The notes: generated by a model not told the origin, from the sequence alone. A stretch of DNA of 64,000 bases from Eledone cirrhosa (GCA_964016885.1 OZ024754.1:14570001-14634000); one strand, 5' to 3'; positions 14,092-27,030 are shown, numbered from the stretch's first letter. Numbers and translations: made by a program.

Positions 14092-14280
14092 CAAGTAAGA
14101 CCCCGACGGCTGAGCTCAAGCCATTTCGACGGCTAATTCAGTCCAGAATTAGCCGTCGAAACGGCTTGAGCTCAGCCGTCGGGGTCTTACTTGTTCCTAA
14201 TACCCACTCTACTACCCTAAGTATTGAGTACTTTGGTGCGTTATGGTCCACCTGGTTCCTTACCACATTTCCTTCGTTAT
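14089..14280. mobile_element. Family D element with fold-back palindrome (14089-14196)
   Basis: Inverted arms gaacaagtaagaccccgacggctgagctcaag... and ...cttgagctcagccgtcggggtcttacttgttc, with (TA)n on both sides. Confidence 0.75.
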
Positions 14281-14582
14281 ATATATATATAAGAAAGTAA
14301 GTCCATAGAATCAATTGATAAAATATATACAGTATTTCTTCTCCCAATCAGCATAATTAACCACACAAAAATCAATTAAACGAGGCTATAAGTTTAAAAT
14401 GTACCTCTGAAGAAACAATAGATAAATAAATGACACCTATCTATCCGCGACCCACAGCCACAGAAGGTTTACCCAGTATTTCTAATAGCCCGTAGAAATT
14501 GATTGGACATATAGCTAACCATACACAATTAGATACAAAATCAAAGTTAGAAGAAAAAATGTACATAAACATACCAAAATTA

Positions 14583-14676
<94 letters not shown>

Positions 14677-14677
14677 G

Positions 14678-14708
<31 letters not shown>

Positions 14709-14711
14709 GTA

Positions 14712-14889
<178 letters not shown>

Positions 14890-15085
14890 GAGAAGAAAGA
14901 AGAATACTGCGTGGTTTGCACATGGGTTACATATGATAAAAATAGTCCTTCGTCAGTGATTTTCCAACCATCATTGGTATTTCATCGCATTAAAAATCAG
15001 ATACCTCAGGTTGGTGCGAGCAATAACTAAAATAAGTTATTGGGACCAGAATTCGCGTAAGGCGAGGGGGACAAGTAAACATAAA

Positions 15086-15108
15086 AATATGACCCTCCCC
15101 AAGTATAG

Positions 15109-15192
<84 letters not shown>

Positions 15193-15215
15193 CTATACTT
15201 GGGGAGGGTCATATT
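15086..15215. repeat. Inverted repeat centred on (TA)n
   Basis: aatatgaccctccccaagtatagca-(TA)n-tgctatacttggggagggtcatatt. Confidence 0.9.
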
Positions 15216-15380
15216 GTTGTAATAATATTGCCAGAAATAATAACAGAACACACTCACTGTTTGGTTGGTTTTCGCTTCTGTATCTTTTTTATCTCCATAG
15301 TTAATTAATTTGGTCCTCAATGTTTATCATTTACTGACCAACGGTCAAAAGTACAGATATAAACACATATATATAGACTA

Positions 15381-15422
15381 AACAAAGTTCTTTCGTTGCA
15401 CATCTGCAACATCATCAGTGGT
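15381..15422 (-). ncRNA. Degenerate hammerhead ribozyme motif downstream of a PLE ORF
   Basis: Minus strand reads acca CTGATGA t gttgca gatg tgcaac GAAA gaac TT tgtt; stem I is imperfect. Confidence 0.55.
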
Positions 15423-15959
15423 ACTATTATCATGTTTCCCCTGTTGTATTGTATGTAGTGTAATGTCTACGTCATTTTTATTTTAGCTATTTATTTATTT
15501 ATTTATTTTTGTGTTCGTTTCTGCGCATGCGTTTGCGTGTGTGTATCGTGTTTGGTGTGTGTGTTTGCCTTTGGGTGACTGTGTTTTGGTTATAGTAATC
15601 TATCTTAGGTTATTAGTGTGTGTTTATATGTGTTTGTTGTTATTGTGCTTGTGTATATATTTATTTATTTATTTATTTATATTTCTCTTAAGTCGGTATT
15701 GTTTGTTTGGGTGTTGTTGTTATTCCATTCATTTTTTCTGTTTAGCTTTGGCTTTCTACGCTCTATTTCGCTTGCTTCTCTGATTTGCCTATCTGCTGGG
15801 TCATTTCTATGTTTAGGTATTATTTTAATTTCTATGTTGTCTATGTTACCGTCATGTTGTTATCTGGTGTGTTTGTATAGTACTGCACCGTTTTTTGTCC
15901 TTTTAATTCCTCCCGCTGTTGGTCTATTCTCTCTCCTATGCTTCGAGCTGTCTCGCCTA

Positions 15960-16900
15960 TGATGTCGTTGTCATAACTCTGCAAGTACCCTCTGTACATC
16001 TTATGGTATAGACTACATTTCTAGTTTTACAGTTTATCTGGGGGTTTACTTTACATATAACACATTTCTTAGTACAGTGGGATCAGGGATTTTATGGTAG
16101 CTCCTGGCTTTTCTACCACTTTAATCTTTAAGTGGGTCTTTCTTAGGGTCTTTCTACACTGGTTAGCTAATTTCCCCCCAGGGGTAGCATCCACGAACAT
16201 GACACTGTTATCTCTGGTTGTCGTACCATGAGGTGGCTTTCCCTATCTTATGTTTAGTCCTATCTAAGCTATTCCATGATTTGCTCCTGTATAATGGGCA
16301 AATTCCTTTCATGTCCAGTTCTATGAGGTTCTTATACTTCTCCGTGGCTCCTTTGTATACTCTGATTCTGTCTCTTTGGTTGTAGCCAGAGAACTGCATG
16401 CGGTTGATGAAGTGTTGAATGTGTCTTTCCATTTCTGTAGGGTCGCACATGCGGAACACGTTCTTCATCACTCGTACCAAGCCTGCCATCAGAATATTAA
16501 ACTTAGCACTACTGGACATTGCTGAGTTTTTGAGTATCAGGTATTTGGAGGCCATGGGTTTAGCATAGTGTGAGTGGAGGATTTGGGCTCTCTCGTCTAT
16601 AATGTTAATCCAGAGTTCCGTGTCTAATACAGGTAGTCTACTGTTAGATTGTTTGGAAGGGTAGTCAATAGTTACAGTTATACTCTGGTGTATGGAGTTA
16701 GCTATCTGCTGGATGCTTTCCATTGTGCTATATTCTAAATCATGTTCGTTAGTACTCTCTTGTTGGGGTGTCCTTATTACTATATTAATATCGTCTACGT
16801 AACGAGAGTACATGATGAGGTCTATGGAGCTCACCTCAAGGAGATCTTTGAGTCTCCTTTCCCACCATAGCATAAACAGGTTGGCAACATCACCAGCTAT
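15960..16900 (-). pseudogene. Penelope-like element RT/thumb fragment
   Basis: ORF 16208-16873 encodes YSRYVDD...ITVTIDYPS...LPVLDTELW...YAKPMAS...RMQFSGY. Homology continues past the stop (VMFVDATPGG...KVVEKPG). Confidence 0.85.
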
Positions 16901-17056
16901 GCTGACGCTAATGGCTGCTCCCTCATTTTGGGTGTAGATCTTTTCATTGAATTTGAATATATGGCCCTTTGGGGTAATTTTAATACTAGCCCTATTGCAT
17001 ATATATATATATAATGAAATAAATTGGGATGGTCTAAAGTAACTGTCTTTTGTTTA

Positions 17057-17272
17057 GGGCGGTGGATTGGCAGTATCGGTAGAGGGTCTGACGCCATGCT
17101 TTGCAGCAAAGAGTTACGGCCCTTTATGGTCTGAGTTCAAATCCCGCCGAGGTTAACTTTGTCTTCCATCCTTACGGGATTGATAAAATAAAGTACCAGT
17201 AATACATTGAGATAATTGCTGGCCTTGTGCCAAAAGTAGAAACAATTATTATTATTATTATTATTATTATTA
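17057..17272 (+). mobile_element. tRNA-derived SINE, family 1
   Basis: gggcggtggattggcagtatcggtagag...gagttcaaatcccgccgagg...cctt(t/c)catccttacggg(g)tcgataaaataaagtaccag...gtagaaacaa(TTA)n, with A and B boxes and many copies in the window. Confidence 0.9.
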
Positions 17273-17274
17273 TC

Positions 17275-17379
<105 letters not shown>

Positions 17380-17384
17380 AATAT

Positions 17385-17527
<143 letters not shown>

Positions 17528-18749
17528 ATATATATACAACATACCTACAAATATAAATATATATCTAACAAGATGAGACGCTGGGTGACTAATAGGTTGG
17601 GTTTATGTTTTGTTGTTGCTATTGTTGTTATTGTTCCTGTTGTTGTTAATCCTGTTGTGGTTTTTAAAACCGCGTTTCATTGAATTCCAGCCAAATTTGA
17701 ACACAATAGACAAAATATGCATATTTTATTTGTAGCAGGTTTTTCCCATGAGAGTTGCAAAATAACACCAACATCGACACCAAAAATAACGTTTAAAAAC
17801 TTTACAAATAACAGAAATAACAACGATAACAACAAAAACAACAAAAACTAGTAAATAATCTAACCAAAAATAGCAGCAATAATAATCGAATATGTTACAA
17901 CATCAAAGTCCAAACAATAGGTATATAGGTGATTGAATCCATAAGACCAGTATATTACTGGTACTTCCATTGTCGAACATGAAAGTCTTGAACTCTGTAC
18001 TGAGGAAGAATACATTGAATTTAATCGTAATGACAAAGCGTTGAGCAAATTTTGAATCATAAATGTTTGTTAAGAGAGCTGCTTCAACGCAGATTGTTTT
18101 ACTATGAAAAATAGAGGAATAATTTGTACATATAAGCCCCGGGGGACAGCATGAAATCCACTCCTGCCAAATGCTGGACGGCTGCGGTACCATTATACAA
18201 AAGTGATAGATAAGGCTTATTGACTATGACATTGTGTCCTTCTTATTCTTCACCCACTTATTCCAGAGAGTGTCGTAGGGGCAGGGTCCTCAAGCACTCC
18301 CTCCAATTAGATCCTTATGTAGTGGGAATTATCATTTTAAAGCTAGAACTTCTAAAACTCTAGAACTTCTAAAGTCTAGAACTTCTAAAATATCTGCCAA
18401 AGAACAATGGAAAATGACTTCAAAACAAGAAGAACACAAAATTGTTTTCTGTCTTCAATGATGCCACTTGAAAGGCTGTAGTGACAGATAGCTATGAGAT
18501 GAAAGGCGAAACAACAGAAATTATGAGAAAAAAGCTAAAAGCTAAACTAAAAATGTAAATCAGAATACCAAGCTAAAATGAGGTCAAGAATAACTTGAGC
18601 GGGGCCAATACCCCCCTCCTACATTCCGCCGAAAAAACAGAACAGCATAGAAATAGACTAAATACATATTTTTAAAATAACAGCTTTCGTTGAGAAGCGT
18701 GGGATTGAAAGCTAAGGTTGTAGAATAACTGATTGGGTTCAAGATCGAA

Positions 18750-19900
18750 GGATTACTGATTGGGGTACAGGATCGAAGGATTACTGATTGGGGTGTAATA
18801 TCTAAGCTAAGGTTAAAGGATTACTGATTGGGTGTAATATCTAAGCTAAGGTTAAAGGATTACTGATTGGGGTGTAATATCTAAGCTTAGGTTAAAGGAT
18901 TACTGATTGGGGTGTAATATCTAAACTAAGGTTAAAGGATTACTGATTGGGGTGTAATATCTAAGCTAAGGTTGAAGGATTACTGATTGGGGTGTAATAT
19001 CTAAGCTAAGGTTCAAGGATTACTGATTGGGGTGTAATATCTAAGCTAAGGTTCAAGGATTACTGATTGGGGTGTAATATCTAAGCTAAGGTTAAAGGAT
19101 TACTGATTGGGGTGTAATATCTAAGCTAAGGTTAAAGGATTACTGATTGGGGTGTAATATCTAAGCTAAGGTTCAAGGATTACTGATTGGGGTGTAATAT
19201 CTAAGCTAAGGTTGAAGGATTACTGATTAGGGTGTAATATCTAAGCTATGGTTAAAGGATTACTGATTGGGGTGTAATATCTAAGCTAAGGTTCAAGGAT
19301 TACTGATTGGGGTGTAATATCTAAGCTAAGGTTGAAGGATTACTGATTAGGGTGTAATATCTAAGCTAAGGTTAAAGGATTACTGATTGGGGTGTAATAT
19401 CTAAGCTAAGGTTCAAGGATTACTGATTGGGGTGTAATATCTAAGCTAAGGTTCAAGGATTACTGATTGGGGTGTAATATCTAAGCTAAGGTTAAAGGAT
19501 TACTGATTGGGGTGTAATATCTAAGCTAAGGTTAAAGGATTACTGATTGGGGTGTAATATCTAAGCTAAGGTTCAAGGATTACTGATTGGGGTGTAATAT
19601 CTAAGCTAAGGTTAAAGGATTACTGATTGGGGTGTAATATCTAAGCTAAGGTTAAAGGATTACTGATTGGGGTGTAATATCTAAGCTAAGGTTAAAGGAT
19701 TACTGATTGGGGTGTAATATCTAAGCTAAGGTGAAAGGATTACTGATTGGGGTGTAATATCTAAGCTAAGGTTGAAGGATTACTGATTAGGGTGTAATAT
19801 CTAAGCTAAGGTTAAAGGATTACTGATTGGGGTATAATATCTAAGCTAAGGTTGACGGATTACTGATTGGGGTGTAATATCTAAGCTAAGGCAGAATGAT
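18750..19900. repeat. 40-bp minisatellite, about 28 copies
   Basis: Unit tactgattggggtgtaatatctaagctaaggtt(a/c/g)aaggat, with degenerate copies at both edges. Confidence 0.95.
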
Positions 19901-20796
19901 TCCTGATTGGGGTGGACGATCGAAGCTAAGACTGAAAGATTGCTAACTGGGGTGAAAAATCGATTCCAATACATCGTATGTTCCGAGGGTGACCATACGA
20001 CCCCACCAATAATTACATGTTTGTACATAGACTAGTACAGTCCTCGGTTACATAACCTTGTCATAGTGACCTCTCTGGAAAACAAAGACAAGAACTTTCT
20101 GGGGTGAAAGCACTTTCACTCGAGGAAATTTGAATATGTATTCCACCATTATCGCAAAGAAAGTCACTTTTTATTTCATTAAGTCAATACATGTTTTTGT
20201 ATGTCATTGTGACAAACAATTGGTTTTTCAATTATTTTATTCCATATATATATTATTATAGCTTTTTTTGTTGTTTTCTGTGCGTTTGGGAAGTAGTTTT
20301 TGTTGTTGATTTGGCAGCCATTGTTTATAAATTCTCGAAAGAGAAACGGAAAATATCCGAAACAGCGACTTTCTTAGTTTATTTTGGAAAAGAAAAAATA
20401 AACTCTACTCCGCGTTGAGAATAAGTTTTTTTTTTTTTTGTGTGTTAATCCAAATAAAGAAAAGATTTTCATTCACTTTAAAACATTTCAGAGCTGTCAG
20501 GATCTAAGAAAGAAAGGCATGTTGGCAGATCGGCAATGAATAATAATAATAATAAGAAGAAGAAGAAGAAGAACAACAACAACAACAACAGAATTCGCAT
20601 GTACATGAAAACGTTAATATTTCAGTCTGGAAACAGGGAAATTTCATTTAACCATCTCAGGCAAAATGTTTAAATTTTACAGAGTTGCCAAACATTTTGT
20701 TTTTAAGTAAAAAAACACAGACCACATGTGGCAAACACCCAAACACTAGTTTACACACACACACACATATCTATATATATATGTGTATGTATTTAT

Positions 20797-20880
<84 letters not shown>

Positions 20881-21017
20881 TTTATTAACAGTTTGGAATA
20901 TCTATGCATTACCAAACGGTTTCATAGAGGTAAAGTCGACAAAACCCTTCAGATTGCATATATCTATACAAAACAAGTAGAAAGTAACTATATGGTAGTA
21001 TACACACACACACACAG

Positions 21018-21084
<67 letters not shown>

Positions 21085-21132
21085 CATACATATACATACA
21101 TATATACATATATATTTATATATATATATAAA

Positions 21133-21190
<58 letters not shown>

Positions 21191-21194
<4 letters not shown>

Positions 21195-21310
21195 GGAGGT
21201 GAGTTTTATTGTAGTACAATAAAGCAATGCAGATATCGGATAAGAAGCACTCTACAGTTTGTAGGACTGGAGTATACATAATATATCATCTTTAACCATC
21301 TTTTGTTCTT
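21191..21310 (-). mobile_element. Terminal fragment of HHR family C element
   Basis: Reverse complement of about 23060-23152 and about 25528-25620, abutting (TA)n. Confidence 0.75.
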
Positions 21311-21335
21311 ATATATATATACATATATATATATA

Positions 21336-21720
21336 CGAGGGCAATCCCATAAGTAAGGTCTCCTTCCGATATTGCAACTTTTCCGTTAAAATCCGGTGGA
21401 TGGTGCTTCGGGAAACATCAGGAACCAAAATGCAGAGAGCATCCAGAGTGATCCACCGGTCTTTACACTTGTTTTCCTCGGAAGGAGACCTTACTTTTGG
21501 GATTGCCCTCTATATAATAACTGCGCGGAATTCGCACTTGGCGGTAGCGTTCAATGGGAGCTCCATTCTCAACGGCTGCCAACCCAAGATTGAGCATCCC
21601 AGCGAAGCGCGTGCATGCTTTTTGGGGAGTGAAGGAAGCCACAATCACAACAGTGTTGCAAACAGCCGTACGAACAGTTTCCCCATCGCTTTGGAGACCT
21701 TACTTTTGGGATTACCCTTG
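21336..21720. mobile_element. Mariner-type MITE with an extra internal TIR
   Basis: TA-cgagggcaatcccataagtaaggtctcc ... ggagaccttacttttgggattacccttg-TA, with a second right TIR at 21484-21511. Confidence 0.8.
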
Positions 21721-21727
21721 TATATAA

Positions 21728-22283
<556 letters not shown>

Positions 22284-22314
22284 TCACAAAGCTACAAGTA
22301 AGCTTCAAAACTGT

Positions 22315-22422
<108 letters not shown>

Positions 22423-22477
22423 AAATAATTAAGTCAACTATGTAAAATTTGGCTTCGTTTATTATAAATTAAAAATT

Positions 22478-22532
22478 ACTGCTATATATATTTCGGTGAC
22501 AGCCATCATTGGCTGTGACCTCTTCAGGCAGT
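22478..22532 (-). ncRNA. Type I hammerhead ribozyme motif (family E), canonical core
   Basis: Minus strand reads actgc CTGAAGA ggt c acagcc aatgat ggctgt c acc GAAA t atat a TA gcagt. All three stems pair and loop III is the palindrome atat. Confidence 0.85.
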
Positions 22533-22646
22533 CCGAATTGGTGTGGAAAAGACAGGTACACATGTTGTTGAAGTGTTTTTTACTCCGTCAATACATCGAT
22601 ATGTCCAGCTCCTGGGTGTGTTGTTATTCCTCCTAGGAACTGGAAT

Positions 22647-22700
<54 letters not shown>

Positions 22701-22761
22701 CCAAGTATTGAGTACTTTGGTGCATTATGGTCCACCTGGTTCCTTACCACACTATCCTTCG

Positions 22762-22792
<31 letters not shown>

Positions 22793-22801
<9 letters not shown>

Positions 22802-22908
22802 AGAACAAAAGATGGTTAAAGGAGTTCCATGTATTTTATTATGCGCATTTCAAAAACAAATATGCGCATAATAAAATACGTGGAACTCCTTTAACCATCT
22901 TTCGTTCT

Positions 22909-22948
<40 letters not shown>

Positions 22949-23152
22949 AGAACAAAAGATGGTTAAAGGAGTTCCATGTATTTTATTATGCGCATTTCAA
23001 AAACAAATATGCGCATAATAAAATACATGGAACTCCTTTAACCATCTTTTGTTCTTATATATTATGTATACTCCAGTCCCACAAACTGTAGAGTGCTTCT
23101 TATCCGATATCTGCATTGCTTTATTGTACTACAATAAAACTCACCTCCTACA
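22793..23152. repeat. Two tandem fold-back hairpins of the family C HHR 3' half, separated by (TA)n
   Basis: aatatataagaacaaaagatggttaaaggagttccatg...tatgcgcat-ttcaaaaacaa-atatgcgcata...ggaactcctttaaccatc at about 22793-22916 and about 22940-23064. Confidence 0.85.
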
Positions 23153-23185
23153 TATATATATATATATATATACATAATATATAAT

Positions 23186-23232
23186 TTTCCTGAAGATTTC
23201 ATCTGAATGAAACAGTACTAGTCCTGTAGAAG
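23186..23232 (+). ncRNA. Hammerhead ribozyme motif (family G)
   Basis: tttc CTGAAGA t ttc atct gaa t GAAA cag tactagtc ctg TA gaag; predicted GUA cleavage after 23228. Confidence 0.8.
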
Positions 23233-23331
23233 CTCCTTCTATAAAATAAAAAAATGGTTACTCTGCCATGTATTGAGTACCTTACTTACTGTGGTTATCC
23301 CCGACTCAACCCGGGACCTACGTATATATAA

Positions 23332-23383
<52 letters not shown>

Positions 23384-23482
23384 TTATATATACGTAGGTC
23401 CCGGGTTGAGTCGGGGATAACCACAGTAAGTAAGGTACTCAATACATGGCAGAGTAAACATTTTTTTATTTTATAGAAGGAG

Positions 23483-23529
23483 CTTCTACAGGACTAGTAC
23501 TGTTTCATTCAGATGAAATCTTCAGGAAA
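23483..23529 (-). ncRNA. Hammerhead ribozyme motif (family G), mirror copy
   Basis: Reverse complement of 23186-23232. Confidence 0.8.
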
Positions 23530-23692
23530 ATTTCATCTGAATGAAACAGTACTAGTCATGTAGAAGCTCCTTCTATAAAATAAAAAATATATTTATACAT
23601 ATATAACTGGAATCATATATATATATATATAACTGGAATCATATATATATATATATATATAATATAAGATCAAAAGATGGTTAAAGGAGTTC

Positions 23693-23777
23693 CATGTATT
23701 TTATTATGCGCATTTCAAAAACAAACATCATCATGCAATAATATTTGTGTTTTCATCAGATAAAACAGGAGAACATG
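23693..23777 (-). ncRNA. Type I hammerhead ribozyme motif (family C)
   Basis: Mirror of 25417-25498. Confidence 0.85.
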
Positions 23778-25416
23778 ATATGAAGGCTAAAAAACACTTG
23801 TGGGTAGTGCAGTTTTAAATCAACATATGAAAAGTGGTTTTAGATTGATGTGTGATATTGGGGAAAATATTTTATTTAGAGAGGGGGGGGGGTGGAAAGG
23901 ATGAAAAAGGGGAGGAGATGAGAGTGAAGGTGGAGAGGGAGAGATGGATGATAGAGAGAAAGAGATAGTTTTTATAACTGAGAGAAGATATATTGTTTTA
24001 CATAGAGAGGTTGAAAACCGTTGGAAGATAATGTATAAATTAAAAGAATTTGAAAATTAACGAAGGGAAAAATATGTACGAGGAAAAAATATTTTATTTA
24101 GGGGGGGGGGTGGAAAGGATGAAAAAAGGGGAGGAGATGAGAGTGAAGGTGGAGAGGGAGAGATGGGTGATAGAGAGAAAGAGATAGTTTTTATAACTGA
24201 GAAAAGATATATTGTTTTACATAGAGAGGTTGAGAACCGTTGGAAGATAATGTATAAATTAAAAGAATTTGAAAATTAACGAAGGGAAAAATATGTACGA
24301 GGAAAGAAAGGGAGTTTATGTATGAAGATAGAGAGAAAAAATAATAATTGCGGATGAATATTCTAACGTCAAAAAGGTGTATGTTGATAAGTATTGTGGC
24401 AATTTCAAAATTAACGAAGAGAAAAAATTATTACGGTTTGTGTGTAGAAGTATTTGAGAAAGATAATGTGAAGTTAAAGTTTGTATATTGAAGGAATTGA
24501 TAATATGTGCGAAGAAAGAGTTAATATGTATTAAAAAATTATTAAGGTTTGTGTATTAGATGATTTGAGAAAAATAATGTGAAGTTAAGGTTTGTATATT
24601 GAAGGAGTTGATAATATGTGCGAAGAAAGAGTTAATATGTATTAAGAATGAGTTCGTTGATGGGGAGAAAAAAATAATAAATTAAGGATGAAATTGAGAT
24701 TAAAAAGTTTTATGATAGAGAGAAAAAATAATAATAATTGCGGATGAATATTCTAACGTCAAAAAAACAAATGTATATGTTATGAAGGATTTTACAAGGT
24801 CAAGATAGAATGAGTAAACAAGTATTATAGAGTGTATAATGCCCTTTGAAGTAAGGTAGGAAGATGGGTATATTTTAAAGAGGTGTATGTATATGTGCCT
24901 TTGAGAAAAGATTCTAAATTGATAAAGAATTGAATATTAGCTGTATACTTTGTGAAAAGTCCTATGGAATTTATGCAGGCAGATAGAAAACAAATCTGTA
25001 CGTCTATTTATTATAGAATCTAGATTAGAGATAATGGTAAATTTTTCATTTAGGCAGAGATTACAGATTTTTTTTCTTTTTTTCTCTCTATCTTCATACA
25101 TAAACTCCCTTTCTTTCCTCGTACATATTTTTCCCTTCGTTAATTTTCAAATTCTTTTAATTTATACATTATCTTCCAACGGTTTTCAACCTCTCTATGT
25201 AAAACAATATATCTTCTCTCAGTTATAAAAACTATCTCTTTCTCTCTATCACCCATCTCTCCCTCTCCACCTTCACTCTCATCTCCTCCCCTTTTTCATC
25301 CTTCCCCCCCCTCTCTAAATAAAATATTTTTCCCAATATCACACATCAATCTAAAACCACTTTTCATATGTTGATTTAAAACTGCACTATCCACAAGTGT
25401 TTTTTAGCCTTCATAT

Positions 25417-25498
25417 CATGTTCTGTTTTATCTGATGAAAACACAAATATTATTGCATGATGATGTTTGTTTTTGAAATGCGCATAATAAAATACATG
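25417..25498 (+). ncRNA. Type I hammerhead ribozyme motif (family C), canonical core
   Basis: catgttct gttttat CTGATGA aaacacaaatattattgcatgatgatgtttgttttt GAAA t gcgc a TA ataaaat acatg. It has a bulged long stem I, a long stem II and palindromic loop III gcgc. Confidence 0.88.
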
Positions 25499-25644
25499 GA
25501 ACTCCTTTAACCATCTTTTGATCTTATATTATGTATACTCCAGTCCTACAAACTGTAGAGTGCTTCTTATCTGATATCTGCATTGCTTTATTGTACTACA
25601 ATAAAACTCACCTCCTACATATATATATATATATATATATATAC

Positions 25645-25726
<82 letters not shown>

Positions 25727-25734
25727 CGTCGGGT

Positions 25735-25920
25735 TTACAATCGTGTTGTGAGTTCGATTATTCCCGGACCATACAATGAGTTGTGTTCTTGAACAAGCCA
25801 ATTTTAATGTTGCTCTAGTTTTCTCTGGGTTCCTGGCCTTTCACAAACAACTTTGTCCGGACTTGTGCCTCGGATGGTGACTTTCTAGGCGTAAATCTCA
25901 TCGTCACTAGTGACTGAATG
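25735..25920 (+). mobile_element. SINE family 2, degenerate
   Basis: gtgagttcgattattcccgg...gttgtgttcttgaacaag. Confidence 0.55.
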
Positions 25921-25946
25921 GTATCTTTAACCTTTATATATATTTA

Positions 25947-26010
25947 TCAGCTCAAGGTTCGATCCTTATCGATGGGGCTAGAGTCTGGAATCGATAGCTC
26001 ATCAGACTTG
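25947..26010 (-). ncRNA. Truncated family B HHR retaining the canonical CTGATGA core
   Basis: Minus strand reads agt CTGATGA gctatcgattccagactc...gatcgaaccttgagctgat; the GAAA half is missing. Confidence 0.55.
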
Positions 26011-26749
26011 CTGAATTACTTAATGTCGACTACGGAGTAATACCAAGCGTAGAATCGGCAACCTGGCCCACATTGGCATTGAGCGCTCAAACTGGTGAAC
26101 CAATAGTAACTAAAAGTTACACACCAATAAACATTCTCTGAACGATGTTCCCTTTCTACAAACCATTACTGAAACATGGTTGTATAAGCAAGGAGATACC
26201 AGCGAGGTCCTTGTTTCAGGGGGGAGGGGGTATGTTTCAAACGTCTATGTTTTATTTTTTGTTTATTTGATATAATAAATTCTTTTTAAGCTTATTTTTT
26301 TTTATATCTGAACTTCATTTGAATATATAACATTTAATTAGCGTAAAATTTTACTTATGTGATAGGGTCCAGGAAAGGGACCATAAGCAATTTATGCTTC
26401 TTTAAGAATCAACAAATGTTGGTTTGTCCCCCCCACCCCCGCCCTGCCCGACACACACATTTTAAAGGTAAACGAGGCCCCTGCATACAAGTGTAAGTTT
26501 ATGATGTGCTCGGAGAAGTTATAGGTGTCGAACAACTTGAGTATAAAGAGTCTTTTTATAACCAATGTTGAATGGAATTTTCATATTTATTTTAGGTACG
26601 AGACAATATTCAAACTTCTTGTAAACAGATACAGATAGTTTACTTTCGTCGCGGTTTTGTGACATTGAAATACTGTCTACATCTGTAGTTTAAAGAGTAT
26701 ATTTATATCTGTTTGTATTACCTAAATGCCTACCCTAATATATCTAGGG

Positions 26750-27030
26750 CAGGGATGTCAAACACGTGGCACAAGGGCCGCATGCGTCCCTTTACAAGCA
26801 CAACATCTGTAGTTTAAAGAGTTTATTTATATCTGTTTGTATTACCTAAATGCCTACCCTAATATATCTAGAGCAGTGATGTCAAACACGTGGCACAAGA
26901 ACACCTGCGGTCCGCACAAAGGTATTTACAGCGCGAGTTTTAAAGCGCGCAATTAATTGTCGTTGTGGCCCTCAGATAACAAATATGTGACCCATGTGGC
27001 CCTCGGCAGACCCTCAGTTTGACATGCCTG
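26750..27030. mobile_element. hAT (Charlie-like) MITE
   Basis: TIRs cagggatgtcaaac / gtttgacatgcctg, with 8-bp TSD atctaggg at 26742-26749 and 27031-27038. An internal duplicate of the left flank plus TIR lies at about 26805-26899. Confidence 0.85.

Larger units (their letters stand above)
23183..23587. mobile_element. HHR family G element as a tail-to-tail palindrome centred on (TA)n, plus a third partial copy
   Basis: About 155-bp arms (about 23183-23340 and 23375-23532) differ at few positions. A partial copy follows at 23530-23587, and related copies lie at 38590-38790 and 61110-61250. Confidence 0.85.
23661..25620. mobile_element. About 1.95-kb PLE-like insertion with long inverted arms, each carrying an HHR (family C)
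   Basis: About 25080-25530 is the reverse complement of about 23661-24340. The left arm has an internal duplication of about 220 bp. (TA)n lies at both ends. Confidence 0.75.

Noticed and set aside
17860-18193. Possible host exon or GIY-YIG remnant (YIG triplet near 17925)
   Set aside because: Stops in the relevant frames, no further motifs and no clear splice structure.
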